Shown piece after piece: positions 38,263-45,832 of a stretch of DNA of 64,000 bases. The notes beneath the pieces were generated by a model that did no database searches, was not told the DNA's origin, and saw only the letters and a program-made list of their open reading frames with translations. How positions within the stretch are numbered: position 1 is the stretch's first letter; each line of letters begins with the position of its first letter. Where the stretch lies: assembly GCA_035515135.1 (NCBI GenBank), contig DATJBW010000013.1:114439-178438 (forward strand), given 5' to 3'. The position numbers were made by a program, and so were the translations under genes. Source of the stretch: Flavobacterium sp. Its GTDB lineage: Bacteria; Bacteroidota; Bacteroidia; Flavobacteriales; Flavobacteriaceae.

Positions 38263-38299
38263 AACGGAAGTAGAATGTAACAATTCTTCTTCCGTTTTT
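38263..38299 (+). terminator. intrinsic terminator after tRNA-Leu
   Basis: AACGGAAG-(18 nt)-CTTCCGTT followed by TTT. Confidence 0.7.
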
Positions 38300-38376
38300 G
38301 CGTTTTATACCCCAGCTGATTACCTCCGCAACAAAAATATCAGTGCTAAGAGGCAGTTGCATCACTACATTTTTCG

Positions 38377-38384
38377 TAAATTTG
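38377..38384 (+). promoter_or_regulatory. -7 promoter box (TAAATTTG) only 5 nt before the CBS-gene ATG (possible leaderless mRNA)
   Basis: TAnnTTTG match ending at 38384; the ATG is at 38390. Confidence 0.35.
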
Positions 38385-38389
38385 TTCTT

Positions 38390-39046
38390 ATGACAACTAC
38401 TGATACCTATATCAACACGCAACTGCATCCTTTAAGGATAGACGAAAGCATTTTGTCAGTCCAAGGATTTTTTGACCGCAATGGCTTCTCGCATTTTCCG
38501 GTTACTGAAGACGGTGTGTATCTCGGCTGCCTCTCTGCTGATGACGCATATACCTTAGAGGCTGACAAAAGCATCAATGCCTACAGGTATGTTTTAGAAT
38601 CTTTTTTTGTCAGAGAGAAAGCAAACTGGCTTGAGGTCATTGAGAAATTCGCACAGAATGAAACAGATATCATGCCTGTGTTGAGCCAAGACAATGCCTA
38701 TATAGGTTACTACAGACTGTTTGATGTGGTTCAGATTCTAAATCAAACCTCATTCTTAAGAGAGCCAGGCGGAATTATCGTACTCGAGAAAAACACTTCA
38801 CAATACTCCGCTAGTGAGATTGCTCAGATCGTAGAGAACAGCAGTTATAAACTCTTGGGGATGTTTGTCACCACTATTGACGACATGATTCAGGTGTATA
38901 TAAAGGTAAATGCAGACAACCTAAACGAACTCCTACAAAGCTTTAGACGCTACGGTTATGAGATTATATCTGAGCACGCTGAAGACACCTACATCCAAAG
39001 TCTTAAAGAAAGACTCAACTATATCGAGAAATACCTCAACATTTAG
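38390..39046 (+). CDS. CBS-pair domain protein with an ACT-like C-terminal domain (AcuB-like)
   Basis: 218 aa. Start trimmed to MTTTDTYI because the ORF-track start at 38231 overlaps tRNA-Leu. The N-terminal ~120 aa have a CBS-like pattern (HFPV.EDG.YLG; IMPVLSQDNAYIGY). Confidence 0.6.
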   Translation: MTTTDTYINTQLHPLRIDESILSVQGFFDRNGFSHFPVTEDGVYLGCLSADDAYTLEADKSINAYRYVLESFFVREKANWLEVIEKFAQNETDIMPVLSQDNAYIGYYRLFDVVQILNQTSFLREPGGIIVLEKNTSQYSASEIAQIVENSSYKLLGMFVTTIDDMIQVYIKVNADNLNELLQSFRRYGYEIISEHAEDTYIQSLKERLNYIEKYLNI

Positions 39047-39052
39047 CAACTT

Positions 39053-39931
39053 ATGAAAATAGCCGTTTACGGACAATATTACGAATCCAACTACGACAGT
39101 ATCTTGTCTGAGATACGCTCATTCGCTAAAGAAAAGAGCATTGAAGTCATCTTTGAGAAAAACTTTTACCAACTTATCTGTGCGCAAAAGCCTTTTGAGA
39201 CGGCTACCTTTTCGACATACGAAGACCTAGACGCTTCGTATGATGCTTTTATTAGCATCGGTGGGGATGGGACGATACTTAGAGCTGCTACTTTTGTCCG
39301 CGATTCTGGCATTCCGATATTGGGAATTAATGCCGGGCGATTGGGTTTCTTGGCGAGCATCCCCAAGGAAAGTGTGCTGCACTACCTTGAGTTGGTATTC
39401 AAAAAAGAATACACACTCTCTAACCGTACGGTTTTGGGTCTAGAAACATCCATCAACATTCCCGAGTTAGAAGACATCAGCTTTGCGCTGAATGAAGTGA
39501 GCATCAACAGAAAAGACACCACTTCGATGATTGTGATTGAGACCTATTTAGACGGCGAATACCTGAATTCATACTGGGCTGACGGCTTGATTATCTCAAC
39601 ACCTACGGGCTCTACGGGTTACTCCTTGAGTTGTGGGGGTCCGGTATTGCTGCCTGAGTCTAAAAGCCTAATCATCACGCCTATTGCGCCTCACAACCTA
39701 AACTCTAGACCTATCGTTATTCCGCAGGGGACGGAGATTAAACTCAAGGTATCGGGTAGAGAGGAGCAGTATCTGATTTCGTTAGATTCTCGGATTTTCA
39801 CCATATCTAATGAGAACGAACTCACCATCAAGAAGAAGCCTTTTGACATCAATATGATTTCGTTTAAAGACAATACCTTCTTGAATACCCTGCGCAAGAA
39901 ACTGCTTTGGGGCGAAGATACCCGCAACTAA
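39053..39931 (+). CDS. nadK: NAD+ kinase
   Basis: 292 aa with ISIGGDGTILRAA and the NE..I motif (ALNEVSINR), then TPTGSTGYSLS.GGP. Confidence 0.9.
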   Translation: MKIAVYGQYYESNYDSILSEIRSFAKEKSIEVIFEKNFYQLICAQKPFETATFSTYEDLDASYDAFISIGGDGTILRAATFVRDSGIPILGINAGRLGFLASIPKESVLHYLELVFKKEYTLSNRTVLGLETSINIPELEDISFALNEVSINRKDTTSMIVIETYLDGEYLNSYWADGLIISTPTGSTGYSLSCGGPVLLPESKSLIITPIAPHNLNSRPIVIPQGTEIKLKVSGREEQYLISLDSRIFTISNENELTIKKKPFDINMISFKDNTFLNTLRKKLLWGEDTRN

Positions 39932-39937
39932 TCGGGG

Positions 39938-41101
39938 TTATTTGTTGGCAAACTTCTTTACGTCGTCTTCAGATATCACTTGATCTCCTAAGATAATCAA
40001 CCTTTCTACTACATTTCTGAGCTCTCTGATGTTTCCGGTCCAGTCGAGGTCTTTGAGCAGTGCTACGGCATTGGGCGAAAACTCTTTCTTAGCATTGCCC
40101 TGTTCAGAGGCAATCTTTGCTGCAAAATGTTCTATCAATAACGGAATGTCATCGCGTCTGTCGTTGAGCGCCGGCACGTGAATTAGGATCACCGCAAGCC
40201 TGTGGTAGAGGTCTTCTCTGAAGCGTCCTTGCTCGATTTCCTTTTTGAGGTCTTTGTTGGTTGCGGCAAGAACTCTTACGTTCACCTTAATGTCTTTGTC
40301 AGCACCCACTCTTGAGATGGTGTTTTCTTGCAAAGCCCTGAGCACTTTTGCCTGTGCCGATAGGGTCATATCTCCTATTTCGTCTAAGAACAAGGTGCCG
40401 TTGTGCGCGGCTTCAAACTTGCCCGCTCTGTCTTTTACTGCCGAGGTAAAGGCTCCTTTGACGTGTCCGAAGAGTTCGCTCTCGATGAGTTCTGAAGGGA
40501 TTGCTGCGCAGTTTACTTCGACAAATGGCGCTGCAAGGCGTTCGCTCTTCTCGTGCAACCAATGCGCGACGAGCTCCTTTCCGGTTCCGTTGGCGCCTGT
40601 GATGAGTACGCGGGCATCGGTGGGGGCTACTTTTTCTATCACTTCTCTGATGTGATGTATGGGTTGGCTTTCGCCAATCATCTCGTAGTTTTTGCTCACT
40701 TTTCGCTTTAGGATCTTGTTCTCAGTAATGAGTTGTTTCTTGTCTAATGCGTTTCTGACCGCCGTAAGCAAGCGATTCAGATCAGGTGGTTTAGAGATGT
40801 AATCAAAGGCTCCTAAGCGCATAGACTGTACCGCTGTCTCAAGATCACCGTGACCGGAAATCATAATCATCGGGGTTTCTGGCTTGGTTTTCTTTACGGC
40901 TTCGAGAAGTTCTATACCGTCAAGCTTAGGCATTTTGATATCGCAAAGCACCAGGTCATAGTCTTCTTTCTTGATCTTGTCTAAAGCTTCGAGTCCGTCG
41001 ACGGCTTCGTCGATTTGGTAGGCTTCGTTTTCTTCTAATAGTATTTTGACAAGTACTCTACGAATCGTTGCTTCGTCTTCTACGATAAGGATCTTTGACA
41101 T
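39938..41101 (-). CDS. sigma-54-dependent response regulator (receiver + AAA+ domain) lacking a C-terminal HTH domain
   Basis: Receiver domain (ILIVEDE..D; phospho-acceptor context LVLCDIKMP), Walker A GANGTGKE, ESELFGH, GAFTSA loop (variant of GAFTGA), and sensor II NIRELRNVVERL. The protein ends 19 aa after that motif. Confidence 0.85.
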   Translation of the reverse strand: MSKILIVEDEATIRRVLVKILLEENEAYQIDEAVDGLEALDKIKKEDYDLVLCDIKMPKLDGIELLEAVKKTKPETPMIMISGHGDLETAVQSMRLGAFDYISKPPDLNRLLTAVRNALDKKQLITENKILKRKVSKNYEMIGESQPIHHIREVIEKVAPTDARVLITGANGTGKELVAHWLHEKSERLAAPFVEVNCAAIPSELIESELFGHVKGAFTSAVKDRAGKFEAAHNGTLFLDEIGDMTLSAQAKVLRALQENTISRVGADKDIKVNVRVLAATNKDLKKEIEQGRFREDLYHRLAVILIHVPALNDRRDDIPLLIEHFAAKIASEQGNAKKEFSPNAVALLKDLDWTGNIRELRNVVERLIILGDQVISEDDVKKFANK

Positions 41102-41245
41102 AGTATATGTAGGTTATGTATTGGTAAAACAGCTTTTAAAACAAAGCCTAAAGTTACTGAAATTAGGTGACAATCTAATAAAGCACAGGCGTAGTTTGCT
41201 GCGAATGCCCACTAAGAATCCGTAGCAAGAGGCTTTATAAAGTGT

Positions 41246-43147
41246 TTATTCTAACTCTAAATGTATCGCTTCCCAGTCTTGGAGGAGCTGTTCTAGTTCC
41301 TTCTTTTTGTTCTCATAAGCGGTAAAGAACGACGAGTCATTCATTAACTTCTCATAGTTTTGTGCCAATTTGAGGTCGTCTTGTACGATTTGTTTTTCGA
41401 GTTGTTGGATGTTGCTCTCTACTTTGCTCAACTTGTTTTGGAGGGCTTTCTTTTGTTTTTGCTCTTCAAACGAAAGGTTCTTTTCTTGTTTGGGTTGCAC
41501 TTTCTGTACTACTTCTTTCTTTTCAATCTCTCGCATGTTGTCGAGTTTTCGTTGTTCTAGATAGTAGTTGATGTCTCCTAAGTACTCATTGATCTTCTGG
41601 TCTTTGAACTCATACACCACGCTAGATAAGCCTTGGAGGAAGTCCCTATCGTGAGAAACGACTAATAACGTCCCTTCAAAGTTACGCAAAGCTGCCTTGA
41701 GCACATTCTTGGACTTGATGTCTAGGTGGTTGGTCGGTTCGTCCATTACTAGTACGTTTATGGGTTGAAGGAGCATTTTGCAAAGCGCCAATCTATTGCG
41801 TTCTCCTCCTGAGAGGACCTTAACCTTCTTGTGTACATCGTCACCTCTGAAGAGAAAAGCACCCAACATATCGCGTACTTTAGAGCGGTTGCTGTCTGTT
41901 GCTGCATTCTCCATCGTCTCTAATAGTGTGATTTCTCCGTTGAGGTAGTCGGCTTGGTTTTGAGCAAAGTAACCGAGCTGCACGTTGTGTCCTAACTTTA
42001 TTGTGCCTTCGTAGTCAAATTCGTTGACAATAGCCTTTATTAAGGTGGACTTCCCTTGTCCGTTTTGTCCCACGAAAGCGATCTTGCTTCCGCGTTCAAT
42101 TAATAAAGAGATGTCTTTCAGTACGTGTTTGCTTCCGTAGCTTTTAGAAACATTCTCCGCTTCTATGACTACTCTCCCTGGGGTAACCGATGTTGGGAAT
42201 GACACACTCATCACTGAATTATCGTCTTCATCGACCTCAATCCTAACGGTCTTATCGAGTTTCTTGATGAGCGATTGTGCCATTGATGCCTTAGATGCTT
42301 TGGCACGAAACTTCTCTATCAGCTTCTCGGTGTGTTCTATCTTCTTCTCTTGATTCTTTTGGGTAGCCAACTGTTTCTCTCTAATCTCCTGACGCAACTC
42401 TAGGTATTCAGAGTAAGGTTTCGGGAAGTCATAGGCTTTACCCAAAGAAATCTCAATGGTTCTATTGGTCACATTATCTAAGAACATCCTGTCGTGAGAC
42501 ACAATTACGACAACTCCGGCGTAACCTCTAAGGAAGTTTTCCAGCCAAATAATGCTTTCGATATCCAAGTGGTTGGTAGGCTCATCCAGCAATAGCACGT
42601 CATTGTTCTGCAAAAGTAGCTTGGCTAACTCAATACGCATACGCCATCCGCCCGAAAAAGTATCGGTGAGTTTATCAAAATCTTCTCTTTTGAACCCCAA
42701 TCCCAAGAGGATTTTCTCTGTTTCACCCACGTAGTTATACCCGCCTATTATCTCAAAGTGATGCGAAACATCGCTTAGTTCTTCGATAATATCCATATAG
42801 GCTTGGCTCTCGTAGTCCGTTCTTGTGGTGAGTTGTTCGTTAAGACTTTTGATTTTCTTCTCTGCGGTGATGATGTCCACAAAGGCTTCGTAGGCTTCTT
42901 CTAGCACGGTTCTTCCTTTGACAAAGTCAATATCTTGTTTCAAGAAACCGATGCTTATCTCTTTTTCTGCCGCAATAGCACCTGTATCGGGCTGCATTTC
43001 TTTGGATAAGATCTTCAACATTGTGGACTTCCCCGCGCCATTCTTCCCTACGAGTCCGACTCTATCTCCTGCTCCGAGCCTGAAGGTTATTTCTTCAAAT
43101 AAGTACTCTCCACCGAAAGCGATTGATAAATTGTGTATGTTCAGCAT
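41246..43147 (-). CDS. ABC-F family ATPase (two ABC cassettes plus a C-terminal coiled coil, Uup-like)
   Basis: Two Walker A motifs (GKNGAGKST, GQNGQGKST), two signature motifs (FSGGWRMR, LSGGERNR), no TM domain, and a Lys/Glu/Gln-rich coiled-coil tail. Confidence 0.9.
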   Translation of the reverse strand: MLNIHNLSIAFGGEYLFEEITFRLGAGDRVGLVGKNGAGKSTMLKILSKEMQPDTGAIAAEKEISIGFLKQDIDFVKGRTVLEEAYEAFVDIITAEKKIKSLNEQLTTRTDYESQAYMDIIEELSDVSHHFEIIGGYNYVGETEKILLGLGFKREDFDKLTDTFSGGWRMRIELAKLLLQNNDVLLLDEPTNHLDIESIIWLENFLRGYAGVVVIVSHDRMFLDNVTNRTIEISLGKAYDFPKPYSEYLELRQEIREKQLATQKNQEKKIEHTEKLIEKFRAKASKASMAQSLIKKLDKTVRIEVDEDDNSVMSVSFPTSVTPGRVVIEAENVSKSYGSKHVLKDISLLIERGSKIAFVGQNGQGKSTLIKAIVNEFDYEGTIKLGHNVQLGYFAQNQADYLNGEITLLETMENAATDSNRSKVRDMLGAFLFRGDDVHKKVKVLSGGERNRLALCKMLLQPINVLVMDEPTNHLDIKSKNVLKAALRNFEGTLLVVSHDRDFLQGLSSVVYEFKDQKINEYLGDINYYLEQRKLDNMREIEKKEVVQKVQPKQEKNLSFEEQKQKKALQNKLSKVESNIQQLEKQIVQDDLKLAQNYEKLMNDSSFFTAYENKKKELEQLLQDWEAIHLELE

Positions 43148-43190
43148 TATTAATGTTATATATATTACAGAAAGGGCAAAGATAATATTT

Positions 43191-43198
43191 TACATTTG
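43191..43198 (+). promoter_or_regulatory. -7 promoter box (TACATTTG) upstream of the DUF983 gene
   Basis: TAnnTTTG match 26 nt upstream of the ATG at 43225. Confidence 0.45.
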
Positions 43199-43224
43199 CA
43201 TTAAATTCATTTAGTACTAATACC

Positions 43225-43620
43225 ATGTTTAAAAAAGGAACTAAGCTCAATAGTATCGTGCACGGCACCTGCCCACGCTGTCAAGAAGAGAGCATGTACG
43301 TTGGCAAAAACATATTTAATATCTTTACTGTAACCAAGATGAAACCGCACTGCGAGAGCTGTGGGCTGAGGTATATGGTAGAACCTGGCTTTTTTTACGG
43401 CGCGATGTACGTGAGTTATGGCGTAGGGATTGGTTTTGGCGTAGCCGCTTTTATCGTCTCTAAATTAATCTTAGACGCTACAGTAACCACGACGGTACTG
43501 GCAATTACCGGGACACTTCTGGTGTTTTATGGCTTTATTATGCGTGTTTCTAGAAATATCTGGATTAACATGTTCGTCAATTATGACCCAAAAGCCAAGG
43601 GTAGGAACGCTAAAGAATAG
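43225..43620 (+). CDS. DUF983 family membrane protein with an N-terminal zinc ribbon
   Basis: 131 aa with CPRC...(21 aa)...CESCG followed by two TM helices, the DUF983 layout. Confidence 0.65.
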   Translation: MFKKGTKLNSIVHGTCPRCQEESMYVGKNIFNIFTVTKMKPHCESCGLRYMVEPGFFYGAMYVSYGVGIGFGVAAFIVSKLILDATVTTTVLAITGTLLVFYGFIMRVSRNIWINMFVNYDPKAKGRNAKE

Positions 43621-43621
43621 C

Positions 43622-44296
43622 TTATTGCCTCAGCAATCTCTTCTCTAAATAGAGTTCTACTTCTGGATTGATCAGCAGGAATTTTTGTTTTTCTTGCGCT
43701 AAGAGTCTATCGGTAAAGAGTATTCCGTTGAGGTGATCGACTTCGTGTTGAAAGATTACTGCGGTGAATCCCTCTACTTTCTCGCTGCGCTTCTCGCCTC
43801 TTCTGGTGAGGTATTCTATTTCGATGACGTAATTTCTATACACATCTTCTCTGATTTCAGGGATAGAGAGGCAGCCTTCCATTCCTTTTCTGATGAGTTT
43901 CGATCGCCAAACTATCTTCGGGTTGAGGTACACCTCAAAGGGTTCGTCTTTTTTGTCGAAGCGTTGCACCCATATTATATTCCTGTTGATACCCACTTGT
44001 GGCGCTGCAATACCTACGCCGCCATCGGTGAGGTCTGTTACGGTTAAGTACATTCTATCGATCAGTAGCTCTAGTTCTTTTGCTTTGTGGCTAATGTCTT
44101 TAGAAACACTTGTCAATGTTATGAGCTCATCCTCGACATCGCTCTGAATCACGCGCATCTTCTCTTTTGGGCTTCCACTCAGGATTCGTTTCTTCTCTGA
44201 CTTGTCAAAGTGTTGGGCGAACGCCATAAATGGGAGCAATGTTAGTAACATAAGGCTTTTGTTTCTGCTTTTGTTAGATGTGAGTAAGTGTATCAT
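43622..44296 (-). CDS. def: peptide deformylase paralogue, possibly with an N-terminal signal peptide (start uncertain: 44296, 44251 or 44230)
   Basis: All three PDF motifs are intact: GVGIAAPQVG, EGCLSIP, QHEVDHLNG. The upstream in-frame sequence MIHLLTSNKSRNKSLMLLTLLPFMAFAQ looks like a signal peptide. The ORF-track start (44395) is a TTG inside the upstream gene. Confidence 0.75.
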   Translation of the reverse strand: MIHLLTSNKSRNKSLMLLTLLPFMAFAQHFDKSEKKRILSGSPKEKMRVIQSDVEDELITLTSVSKDISHKAKELELLIDRMYLTVTDLTDGGVGIAAPQVGINRNIIWVQRFDKKDEPFEVYLNPKIVWRSKLIRKGMEGCLSIPEIREDVYRNYVIEIEYLTRRGEKRSEKVEGFTAVIFQHEVDHLNGILFTDRLLAQEKQKFLLINPEVELYLEKRLLRQ

Positions 44297-44963
44297 TTTC
44301 TGTATTAGTGTTCTTTCTGAGGTCATATATAAAGTCTGCATACCTAATTCCTTTTGATTTGTAAAAAGCTTGATTGAAGCTTTTGGTTGAACCAAAACCT
44401 AACTCATTGGCTAAAGCCGTAATGGTATAGTTCCGATATTTATTGGTGTCTAGCATAGTTATCAGGTAGCTAATGCGAAGATCATTGATGTATTGGTTAA
44501 ACTCTTTGCCTTTGTGTTGCTTAATTATCCTAGCCAAATAGTTGGGGTTTGTCTTCATCTTTTTAGCAAGTCTAGCCAACGTAAGCTTGTGCATAAGGAA
44601 TCCGTTTTTGCTTTCAAATTGATCCAACCGCTTAAGTATCAGAAGCACGACATGCTCTTTGATGGCGAAGGCTTTGGGCACTGGCTTGGTGTGTTGTACT
44701 TCTAAAGCACCCTTTGGATTTTGTGTTGGGTTTTGCCCAGCTGCAAACTGTTTGTTTCTCTTCTTCTTTCGATGCGTATGGTATAAAAAACCAACTAACA
44801 AAACTAACATAATGCTCAATAGGCTCAAAAGAATTAAGGTGTTTTTTGTAGTATTTATTTCTGATGACAGTAGGATTGCTGGGTTATAGTGCCAAGAGGA
44901 CAGCTGAGCAGAAAGCCCAGAACTTGCATATAAATGTACCACGAAAAGCAAAATATATCTCAA
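44274..44963 (-). CDS. membrane-anchored AraC-type HTH protein, apparently lacking a sensor domain (possibly a truncated gene; TTG start in the ORF track, alternative ATG at 44810)
   Basis: The C-terminal ~100 aa are AraC/XylS HTH (LARLAKKMKTNPNYLARIIK...ITALANELGFGSTKSFNQAFYK). These are preceded by a TM helix (LILLSLLSIMLVLLVGFLY) and HRKKKRNK. Only about 40 aa lie N-terminal to the TM helix. Confidence 0.6.
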   Translation of the reverse strand: MRYILLFVVHLYASSGLSAQLSSWHYNPAILLSSEINTTKNTLILLSLLSIMLVLLVGFLYHTHRKKKRNKQFAAGQNPTQNPKGALEVQHTKPVPKAFAIKEHVVLLILKRLDQFESKNGFLMHKLTLARLAKKMKTNPNYLARIIKQHKGKEFNQYINDLRISYLITMLDTNKYRNYTITALANELGFGSTKSFNQAFYKSKGIRYADFIYDLRKNTNTENDTLTHI

Positions 44964-45299
44964 TACAGTAGCATTGGTTTATTGGAACAAGGCACAAAGT
45001 GTTAAAAAACAAGCTAAAGGTATTAAAAAAAACTAAAAAACAAGCAACCAATCTCTTTTTAAGAGTCAATACTAGCACGCCTAAAAAATAGTGTAAAAAT
45101 GGCTGAACAACCTATAAACTAACGCCTTAGCGCCAATAATTAGATGGGAAAATTAACGAATCGGCTTATGTAGTTTTTGCATATATCTAGCAAGCTTTTT
45201 ACTTTCACATCGTCTTAGTGCTGTATACGATTCATTATCAGTGTAGTTAGCACAGGCAAAGTCCAATAGGTTTTAATACTAACTTTAAATTTTTACATT

Positions 45300-45689
45300 A
45301 TGCCAATCAAGTACAGATTAACCCAGAAAGGCGAGCCAGGTGTGACTGGTGGCGGCGAAAAGAAGTGGTATGCTTCTATGGCTACAGACGGTGAGTTAAC
45401 CATTGATGACCTCACAAAGTCTATCGAAAGGTTTAGTGCGCTGAGTGAAGCAGACATCAGGGGAGTGATTATTGCCCTTGAGAATGTGATTCAAGACGCA
45501 TTGGCAAACAGCAAGATTGTGCGTTTAGAGAAACTCGGAAGCTTGTATCCGGGAATTAGTAGTTCTGGTACGGTCAAAAAAGAAGACTTCAATGCCAAGG
45601 CGAATATCCGTAGAACCAAGGTAAATTACCGACCAGGAAAGCGCATCTCCGATGCAATAAAAAACGCTGGTTTCCATCGTGTAGAATAA
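45300..45689 (+). CDS. Bacteroidota-type HU-like DNA-binding protein (HU-HIG family)
   Basis: 129 aa; MPIKYRL..K..PG......KWYA......L.ID.L...I...SALSEADIRGVI.AL..VI...L..S.IV.L..LGS resembles the HU-related proteins common in Bacteroidota. The assignment is from memory of the family pattern. Confidence 0.65.
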   Translation: MPIKYRLTQKGEPGVTGGGEKKWYASMATDGELTIDDLTKSIERFSALSEADIRGVIIALENVIQDALANSKIVRLEKLGSLYPGISSSGTVKKEDFNAKANIRRTKVNYRPGKRISDAIKNAGFHRVE

Positions 45690-45695
45690 ACCTTG

Positions 45696-45794
45696 CGTGA
45701 AGTCACTAAAAACTACGCGTGAAGTTCACCAACTTCACACGTGAAGTTGACCCAAACCACGCGTGAAGTTACCCAACTTCACGCGTGGTTTTTT
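45696..45794. repeat. four and a half phased 22-bp direct repeats (core CGTGAAGT) forming two hairpins; the distal one is a 17-bp-stem bidirectional terminator
   Basis: CGTGAAGT starts at 45696, 45718, 45740 and 45762 (exactly 22 bp apart), with a partial CGTGG at 45784. Hairpin 1 is GTGAAGTT-cacc-AACTTCAC (45719-45738). Hairpin 2 is AAACCACGCGTGAAGTT-accc-AACTTCACGCGTGGTTT (45754-45791) plus a T-run. Confidence 0.85.
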
Positions 45795-45832
45795 AAGCCC
45801 AGTAATTACAGGGGGTACAGAAGGTAATTTGG

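Noticed and set aside
37903-38428. Two minus-strand ORFs (37903-38283 and 38207-38428), plus the 5' extension of the plus-strand ORF starting at 38231.
   Set aside because: They overlap tRNA-Gly and tRNA-Leu, whose cloverleaves can be read directly, and their terminator. The real CBS-domain gene starts at the ATG at 38390.
38076-39931. Possible genomic island integrated at the tRNA-Gly/tRNA-Leu locus.
   Set aside because: The downstream genes are core (CBS protein, nadK). There is no integrase and I saw no direct repeat of a tRNA 3' end.
41102-41245. Sigma-54-like promoter fragment (aGCAC-N9-TTTGC) in the spacer between the ABC-F gene and the sigma-54 activator gene.
   Set aside because: It lacks the GG dinucleotide, has the wrong spacing, and lies on the plus strand where no downstream gene exists.
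45696-45794. Possible miniature CRISPR array, given regularly spaced direct repeats.
   Set aside because: The period is only 22 bp with an 8-bp conserved core, so there is no room for spacers. There are only about 4.5 units and no cas genes in the window.
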